Assembly: GCA_011364975.1 (NCBI GenBank) | Contig: RDOE01000013.1 | Location: 1-58,356 of the forward strand | From: Promethearchaeota archaeon | Lineage (GTDB): Archaea; Asgardarchaeota; Lokiarchaeia; Sigyniarchaeales; SOKP01 | Direction of reading: 5' to 3' | Length of the DNA: 58,356 nucleotides | In this document: in pieces, positions 49,618 to 58,356 of the stretch | Layout: each line of letters opens with the position of its first letter | How positions within the stretch are numbered: the first letter of the stretch is position 1 | Made by a program: the position numbers and the translations under genes | Notes under the pieces: generated by a model | What the model was told of the DNA's origin: nothing | Database searches by the model: none | What the model saw: the letters and a program-made list of their open reading frames with translations, nothing else

Positions 49618-50886
49618 TCAAAAGGTCATAGCTTTAAGGAATTTCGGCCAAAGTGTAATCTTATTAATAGTAGGCAAAGTTGAGAATAACTTCTCTCCCA
49701 CCCATCGATCATTATCAGTGTTATATTTCTTTAAATCTTGGAGCATTATTACTTCATATACATATTTTCTAGCTGTTTTGTTATGTACTAACATTTCAGT
49801 ATATGCATTCCAGATTGATTTTAAAGAGGATTGATTTCCATAAAAGAGATATTCGCAAGCGTTTCCATTTCTAAAATATCCATCTAGAAGTAATTCGGCT
49901 ATTTCTTTATCATAAACTCTTAATTCTGCAGAGCTGAAATTGGAATTACTTTCAACTAAGGGTTTAACAACTTTAGAAGCCGTGTCTGCACTTACTAAAC
50001 CGCATAACATACCTTCATAAAAAAAGGCGGTAACTAATCCCGCGGCTTCACCTAACACAATTACTCTATCAGCGGTCATTCTACTAATAGGGTGCTTTGA
50101 AATATCCCCAATGACCACATTATCAAAATTCCAGCTAATTCCTTTTATATACTGCTGTATTTTCTGATAATTATTTAAGATTCTTTCTAACTTGGATTTC
50201 AATTCCATTGGAGTCTCCTTATCACCCATAAATCCAGTAAAGATACGCCCTTTTCCTACATTGAAGAAAAATGGTCCATTCTTGCTTATATTAGGATTAA
50301 GATGGAACATATATTGGAAATTAAAATTTTCATTTAAGAGCTCTTCACTAGCATTTGATATAAGGTAAATTCCCATAAAAGAATCTGGTGCTTCAAATCC
50401 GAGAGATTTTTGCAATTCAAATCCGTAGGATCCGCTGGCTAAAACTAAGAGTTTGGTATGATATGAGTCTCCTTTACTGTTTACTAACTCAATGGAATCC
50501 GTATGTCTAATAATTTTTGATATTTTTTCATTAAATTTTGTTGTAGCCCCTTGATCAACAGCTTTATTGATTAATTTGTGCAGGAAAACGTCAGTGTGAG
50601 TGATTCTCCCAACTTGAGGGGATCCAAATTCATTTCCTGAGATCAACCCATCTGATTTCTCACTCTTATAATTGAGTGTAAGAAATTCTTTGGGAAATGC
50701 TTCTTTATCATTCCAAAATAGATCATCCACATAGGGTTTGTTATGCTGAGCAAATATGTTCACTCGTTCTGGTATTTGCTTACTATAATTTTTAGCGTCT
50801 ATAAGTAAAACTTTTGCATATTTAGATGTTTTATACGCAAAAGATGTACCAGTAACTCCAGCTCCAATGACTGCTACATCATACAT
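49618..50886 (-). CDS. geranylgeranyl-reductase-family FAD oxidoreductase
   Basis: YDVAVIGAGVTG, LVLASG, VLGEAAGLVTAFFYEGM. Confidence 0.8.
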   Translation of the reverse strand: MYDVAVIGAGVTGTSFAYKTSKYAKVLLIDAKNYSKQIPERVNIFAQHNKPYVDDLFWNDKEAFPKEFLTLNYKSEKSDGLISGNEFGSPQVGRITHTDVFLHKLINKAVDQGATTKFNEKISKIIRHTDSIELVNSKGDSYHTKLLVLASGSYGFELQKSLGFEAPDSFMGIYLISNASEELLNENFNFQYMFHLNPNISKNGPFFFNVGKGRIFTGFMGDKETPMELKSKLERILNNYQKIQQYIKGISWNFDNVVIGDISKHPISRMTADRVIVLGEAAGLVTAFFYEGMLCGLVSADTASKVVKPLVESNSNFSSAELRVYDKEIAELLLDGYFRNGNACEYLFYGNQSSLKSIWNAYTEMLVHNKTARKYVYEVIMLQDLKKYNTDNDRWVGEKLFSTLPTINKITLWPKFLKAMTF

Positions 50887-50977
50887 GATTAACACCTAAA
50901 ATTAATTACCCTAAAAAAAGCTTATTTAATATTTAATAATCTTAATTGTCTGGAAAAAGAGTGGAGGATGAAAGTTG

Positions 50978-51730
50978 TTAAATTATATTTTGAATAGTTT
51001 TAACAATTTTATTGAGATTTATTTCTGCCATACCAAGCGGAACATTTGCTTGAAATAATATTACAATTAGTAGCGGATCTAACTTCCACGGGATTTCTAT
51101 GATTTTGGAAAATACTTTTTGTTCATTCTCCAGAGTGTAAAAGGTCATATTAAATTCATTTGCAACCATATACCTAATTTCTAGTTCTTTAAGAGAGGAG
51201 AGGAGAATATCATGAGGTAATGAGGAGAAAATTACATTTCCATTAATTGAAAATAATGCTGCTCCAATGATTTCGTCTCCTAGCATTAGACTTTTTAGGT
51301 GTTCTATAATTTTTCTATAAAGAGGTTGACTATATTCCATCTCTTCTTGTCCAGCAATAATTGTATCAATCCTAAGATCAAATTCTTTATTATCAATTTC
51401 TTGGTAATCTTCGATTTCATTTAATTGTAAAAAATCCTCAAACTGTTCCATAATACTATCAATACGTGAATTAACAAATAGTAAACTTGTTGTAGAATCT
51501 GCTAAGATAGCAAAGATGTAATTTCTTTTCACTTTAAAGACAATTCTAAAACCACCCATTTCAAGAACTTCTGGGGTTTGTTTCATAATAACATTTTCAG
51601 AAAATGTAAAGATCGCTGAAAAAAAAGGTGTTATCAAGTTCGGCTCTATACTCTCAAAATCCTTTGTGATATTCCTACTATAAATACATGAGCCTGCTTT
51701 ATTTAGTATAAACAATGAATGAATATTCAT
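50978..51730 (-). CDS. longin-like + Roadblock/profilin-like two-domain protein
   Basis: IHSLFILNKAGSCIYSR...LITPFFSAIFTF (longin-like); IIGAALFSINGNVIFSSL (Roadblock/profilin-like). Confidence 0.7.
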   Translation of the reverse strand: MNIHSLFILNKAGSCIYSRNITKDFESIEPNLITPFFSAIFTFSENVIMKQTPEVLEMGGFRIVFKVKRNYIFAILADSTTSLLFVNSRIDSIMEQFEDFLQLNEIEDYQEIDNKEFDLRIDTIIAGQEEMEYSQPLYRKIIEHLKSLMLGDEIIGAALFSINGNVIFSSLPHDILLSSLKELEIRYMVANEFNMTFYTLENEQKVFSKIIEIPWKLDPLLIVILFQANVPLGMAEINLNKIVKTIQNII

Positions 51731-52198
51731 TATGAAACGCACTGAAGTGTATATATAGAAAAATTATATGGAATTCTTCATTTAAGTATTATTAATTATA
51801 TTATAGATCTATAATATTTTAATCCTAAATATTAATTTATTGTCATATCAACTTTTCAATACAACTGTAATCAATTATCTTCTTAGACTTTTAAATCCTA
51901 GCTAATATTTTAGAGTTAAATATTTCTTTAATGACGATTTACAATATCTTTGTCTTTGTAAATCTTTCTTAGAAGAAAATAATAAATTATAAAGCCCAAT
52001 TCCTTAATAATGTGTAAATTTCTCTAATATTTGTAATTAATTGCCTTATTATATCTCTTATTACAGACTAAGTTCTATATTTATAAAATATAATGATTCT
52101 TCTTAATCTTTGATTTTTTATATTCAAGACTTAGTTGTGTTCTTTTTTTCATAATAAAGATGTTTAAATATTATCCATTCCAATTTTTAATTAAGAAA

Positions 52199-52234
52199 AA
52201 GTTGTGTGAAAGTGTCAGCCCAACCACACAACTT
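52199..52234. promoter_or_regulatory. inverted repeat upstream of thioredoxin, candidate operator
   Basis: AAGTTGTGTG-N16-CACACAACTT perfect 10-bp arms; extra half-site AGTTGTGT at 52133-52140. Confidence 0.5.
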
Positions 52235-52260
52235 AAAAAATTAAAAAATAAGGGAAAAAT

Positions 52261-52668
52261 ATGTCTGATAATGATTTAGAAAAAATACGAATAAAAAAAG
52301 CTGAAATGCTTGCTAAGGCTCAGAATATGCCTACTGATATTGTAAAAATTCATTCAGAAGCGGAATTCAATAAGTTATTGAAGGATTTTTCTGATAAATA
52401 TATTATCATAGATTTCTGGGCAGTTTGGTGTGGTCCATGTATGATGTTTGCGCCTATTTTTGAACAATTACAAAAGGAAAACGGAAAAGAGTTTATTTTT
52501 GTCAAAGTAAATACCGATGAGCTTCCATCGATAGCCCAACGCTATAGAATTACGGGAATTCCAACAATACTCTTTATAAAAAATGAAAAGGAAGTACATA
52601 AAGTCGTAGGCGCTGCGGGATATGACTATATGAAACGAACTTTAGAAAAGTTACACGCTTTCACTTAA
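52261..52668 (+). CDS. trxA: thioredoxin
   Basis: IIDFWAVWCGPC, ITGIPT. Confidence 0.92.
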   Translation: MSDNDLEKIRIKKAEMLAKAQNMPTDIVKIHSEAEFNKLLKDFSDKYIIIDFWAVWCGPCMMFAPIFEQLQKENGKEFIFVKVNTDELPSIAQRYRITGIPTILFIKNEKEVHKVVGAAGYDYMKRTLEKLHAFT

Positions 52669-52725
52669 GTTTTTAATTTTTTATTTTTATAATAACAAAT
52701 TATTTTAGGAGTTTGAGGCACTAAA

Positions 52726-53172
52726 ATGGAAAGTATATCTAAACAATTAAAGAAAATGGCAGAGGAGAAAGAGGTTTTTAAGAGCGGAAATCTGTTCAAA
52801 TGTATCTTAGGATTAAATGATATAGAATCGAAGGTATTTTCCTATTTAGTTAAAAATGATAATGTGAATACGATGGAACTTACCGATTTATTTGAAAAAG
52901 ATCGGAGTGCAATTCAAAGAGCCTTAAAAAAATTGGGAAAACTTAACTTAATTGAAAGAAATGCTATGTCTCTCAAGGATTATAGTGAGAAAACAGGGGA
53001 AGAAGACACAAACAAGCGCGGGTATTTATATGTATATAGTTCTAAAGATTTAGTCGCCGTTAAGAAACAGTTTAGAGATCTACTTGATAAATGGTATGAT
53101 TCTATGATACAATACATAGAAAATTTGGATGAGTTATTTGATTGTTACGAATCAGATGGTGAATTATGTTAA
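52726..53172 (+). CDS. TrmB-like winged-helix transcriptional regulator
   Basis: KCILGLNDIESKVF, KDRSAIQRALKKL, GYLYVY. Confidence 0.82.
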   Translation: MESISKQLKKMAEEKEVFKSGNLFKCILGLNDIESKVFSYLVKNDNVNTMELTDLFEKDRSAIQRALKKLGKLNLIERNAMSLKDYSEKTGEEDTNKRGYLYVYSSKDLVAVKKQFRDLLDKWYDSMIQYIENLDELFDCYESDGELC

Positions 53173-54024
53173 TTTGAGCTTATCTATTTCTTTTTTGACT
53201 TGATCCCAAGTAATCATTCTTTTAAACAAGAGTCTATTATTTAATGTAACACCTCTAGAAATGCCAAACTTTTCAATAAGTCTTTTTTCAGTTGTAGAAA
53301 TTACATTGATATCTATATTTTGATATAATTTTATTCCTTCTCGAATTTTTTTAACCATGTATGTTGACCAAGGACATTGATCATTACAAAATATATTTAA
53401 AGTTAATTCTTGGCTATTCAATTCATTATTCAAATTAACTGGAAGAAATTTTGGCGGAGAATTTCCCTTAAAATCAATAAAAAGCAACACTCGTTTCCCC
53501 TCTCGATCCGTTTCGATAAATCCATATTTTTTAAAAAAGTTCATGGGCATAAATTCAATAGATGTATCAAACCAGCTTTCACTATCATAAGAAAGTACAG
53601 AAGCAGATCCAAATTGACGAGCTCTCTCAATAAAGGTAGTAATTAAAGCTTTTGCAACACCCTTTCCCCAATAAGGAGGTAGTATCCACATACAATTGAT
53701 AAATAACGAATCTTTTCCTACTATTGGCTCTAAAGCATGTTCAATTGGAATACATTCCAATAATCCCATAGGAACTTTGCCGTTAATTGCTAAATCTGAG
53801 TGTTTTATCTTTCCTGCCCATTTATAGTTAATAATTTCGTCTCTTGGATTCTCTAAAGCTACAAAAAGTTCCAGACCCTTATTCATCATTTCCGTTATCC
53901 ATTCTATTCGTCTATCCATAGCTTTAGCCATGATACCTTTTCCTTCTTTCCCAACGCTAGGATCCAAACATAACGCAGGGATATAATTTAATTCATCCTG
54001 AGTTAATTTTTTAACTTCCAACAA
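53164..54024 (-). CDS. GNAT acetyltransferase with C-terminal YoaP-like domain
   Basis: INCMWILPPYWGKGVAKALI, FFKKYGF, QCPW. Confidence 0.78.
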   Translation of the reverse strand: MLEVKKLTQDELNYIPALCLDPSVGKEGKGIMAKAMDRRIEWITEMMNKGLELFVALENPRDEIINYKWAGKIKHSDLAINGKVPMGLLECIPIEHALEPIVGKDSLFINCMWILPPYWGKGVAKALITTFIERARQFGSASVLSYDSESWFDTSIEFMPMNFFKKYGFIETDREGKRVLLFIDFKGNSPPKFLPVNLNNELNSQELTLNIFCNDQCPWSTYMVKKIREGIKLYQNIDINVISTTEKRLIEKFGISRGVTLNNRLLFKRMITWDQVKKEIDKLKLT

Positions 54025-54083
54025 TTATCATCTCACAGGAGTCTAGTTTAATGTTTTTATAGAATAGAATTTAAATCTATAGT

Positions 54084-55403
54084 ATGAGTGATAATTCTAA
54101 AAAGTTTCCAGTATTGTCCATTATCCTTTTTATTTTAATCATTACATTGATAAATTCGGTTCAGAATATGATATCTCCAAATTTGTTAACTATTTCAAGT
54201 TATTTTGGATTTGGTGGGGATACAGCTCCTTTAGGATTTTTAACTTTCAATTTTATGCTTTTTACTGGCATTACAATGCTTATTTTTGGATATTTAGCAG
54301 ATAAAATTGTCAGAAAATGGATAGTCTTTATTGGATCACTAATATTTTCATTGTTCTCATCAATTGTAATACTAATCCCAGAAGGAATAGAGGGCTATAG
54401 GTTATTTTTCTTAATTACAATATTGACGGGTATCGGATATGGTGCTGTTATTCCAAGTATATTCTCATTAATGGGAGATCTAGTTTCAAAAGACGAACGA
54501 GCAAAGGGATTTTCGTTTTTTTCAATCGCATCGCTTTTTGGCACTGTTCTTGGGACGGGGATGGCATCTTTTATAGGAGAAGATTGGCGCTTTCCTTTTT
54601 TTATAGTGGGTCTTATTGGATTAATCGGGACCTTCTTTTTTCTTTTATTTAAAGAACCATCGAGATTAGGAATGGACCAATCTATTCTACTTCAAAAAGA
54701 TGGAATCGAATATACATATCGCATCCGGATTTCAGATATAAAAACCATCTTTCAGAAAAAATCAAATATATGGTTAGTGGTTAATTTTGTAGATACGATT
54801 CCAACAGGTATAATTTTAACTTTACTTTTTGCGTATATGGAAGTATTTCACGGTATTAATGATGAAGATACATCTCTTTTTCTAGTAGTAATTATTTTAA
54901 GTATTGTGGTCGGAACTATTTTCTTTGGGTATATAGGAGATAATTGGTTTAAAAAGGGAAATAAAAAAGCAAGGGTTTTATTGGCATTATTTGGAAATAT
55001 CGCTCCCATTCCTTTTTTATTTATTGGATTAATTATACCGTTTCAACCGCCAAACATATTCCCAGGGGTTTTGATATGGATAATTCTTTTTAGTATTGGT
55101 ATGTTTACTAATGGGGCAGTTAGTGGTAATTGGTATGCTTCAGTTGCGGATTTAAATCTTCCAGAAAATCGAGGAACTGTCATAGCAGCAGCTAATTTTT
55201 TTGATATTATTGGCAGAGCATTAGGACCGCTAATAGGAACTATAATTGCAGACACATTTGGATTTCTTATGGGAATGATGACTTCAATTTTTGCTTGGTT
55301 ACTTATCCCATTTTTTTGGATACCCATCTTAAGAAATGCTGTGAAAGAAATTGAGGGAACAGAGGAAATTTTTAACAAGAGAATAGTAAAACTTCAACAA
55401 TAA
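54084..55403 (+). CDS. MFS transporter
   Basis: About 12 TM segments; motif A GYLADKIVRK; DLNLPENRGT. Confidence 0.9.
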   Translation: MSDNSKKFPVLSIILFILIITLINSVQNMISPNLLTISSYFGFGGDTAPLGFLTFNFMLFTGITMLIFGYLADKIVRKWIVFIGSLIFSLFSSIVILIPEGIEGYRLFFLITILTGIGYGAVIPSIFSLMGDLVSKDERAKGFSFFSIASLFGTVLGTGMASFIGEDWRFPFFIVGLIGLIGTFFFLLFKEPSRLGMDQSILLQKDGIEYTYRIRISDIKTIFQKKSNIWLVVNFVDTIPTGIILTLLFAYMEVFHGINDEDTSLFLVVIILSIVVGTIFFGYIGDNWFKKGNKKARVLLALFGNIAPIPFLFIGLIIPFQPPNIFPGVLIWIILFSIGMFTNGAVSGNWYASVADLNLPENRGTVIAAANFFDIIGRALGPLIGTIIADTFGFLMGMMTSIFAWLLIPFFWIPILRNAVKEIEGTEEIFNKRIVKLQQ

Positions 55404-55434
55404 CCTCTATTTCCTTTTAAACAATTTTAAATTA

Positions 55435-55860
55435 TTAATCCCTTTTACATTTCTCACATTCATAATACAAATCAATTCTTTGACCTTTGGGTTTAATTTT
55501 TAAACCAGATATGATCTGTTGCCAAACTTCTTTCACTTTTTCATTGTTATAATCAGTAATGTCCCCACATTTTGAGCAAACTAGGTTTATATGGACCTTA
55601 GTATTAGGATCATATCTTATATTTCCATCACTAAAATTTAGTTCTTGGATTAGTCCCAAATCTTTAAAGAGATGGAGTGTACTATAAACTGTACCTAAAC
55701 TTATTGTTGGATAATCATTTATTAATGATTTGTAAATATTTTCAGTGGTAGGGTTATCTTTACGTTTTAATAGCGTTTCGTATTTTGCTAGGCGTTGAGT
55801 TGTTAGTTTTAATCCATGTTTTTTGAAAATTGAAGCTAATTCTTATTTACTAATACTAAT
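55435..55860 (-). pseudogene. Fur/PerR family regulator, disrupted or with a non-canonical start
   Basis: Frame reads ISISK*ELASIFKKHGLKLTTQRL...DNPTTENIY...ISLGTVYSTL...RYD...HINLVCSKCG...CEKC. In-frame TAA at 55843-55845 and no ATG/GTG/TTG before the DNA-binding domain. Confidence 0.75.
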
Positions 55861-55921
55861 TCCTACTTGAGAATTATTATCAAAAATAAATTAATACTTC
55901 ATAAGAAAAGACCTTTAATAA

Positions 55922-58171
<2,250 letters not shown>

Positions 58172-58356
58172 TCTCCAACGGCACGGTTTTTTAAGCTAGA
58201 TCATGTTTTTACTCAAATTTTATTTTAATATCTATTTTTTTTTATAGGATAGCAATTTCATCTCATTCTTTTTTTAAAAACAATAAATTGAAAAACTCTT
58301 AAATGTATTCTTATTTATAATAGAACGTGAAACTTATTTAGTAGATTATAATAATG

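Overview
AT-rich, gene-dense archaeal DNA, most consistent with an Asgard archaeon (Lokiarchaeia-like). This is inferred from an HMf-type histone, an Sm/Lsm protein, a BHB-intron tRNA and many eukaryotic-signature-like proteins. About 55 CDS are present. Metabolic genes include an ABC-2 exporter, an acyl-CoA cluster (acetoacetyl-CoA synthetase, family I CoA-transferase A/B, NDP-forming acyl-CoA synthetase, interrupted CaiB), rhamnulokinase, glycerate kinase, lpdA, AOR with two MoaD-like genes, leuB, thiDN, thiC, thioredoxin and katG. Candidate systems: (1) a translationally coupled uDENN-like / 7TM / 7TM operon directly upstream of an Arf-like GTPase-longin fusion; (2) tandem Roadblock-Rab-like GTPase-pseudoGTPase paralogs divergent from a RING-H2/TPR protein; (3) a cytosolic multi-Ig protein, a BBS2/ITFG2-like beta-propeller and a longin gene. 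Also seen: tRNA-Arg(CCT) with a T-loop intron, several genes that seem to need non-canonical start codons, a disrupted PerR/Fur gene facing a katG with a high-GC patch, and a twice-frameshifted TPR gene. No CRISPR array, rRNA or transposase was seen. All domain calls come from motif recognition by eye and were not searched against databases.
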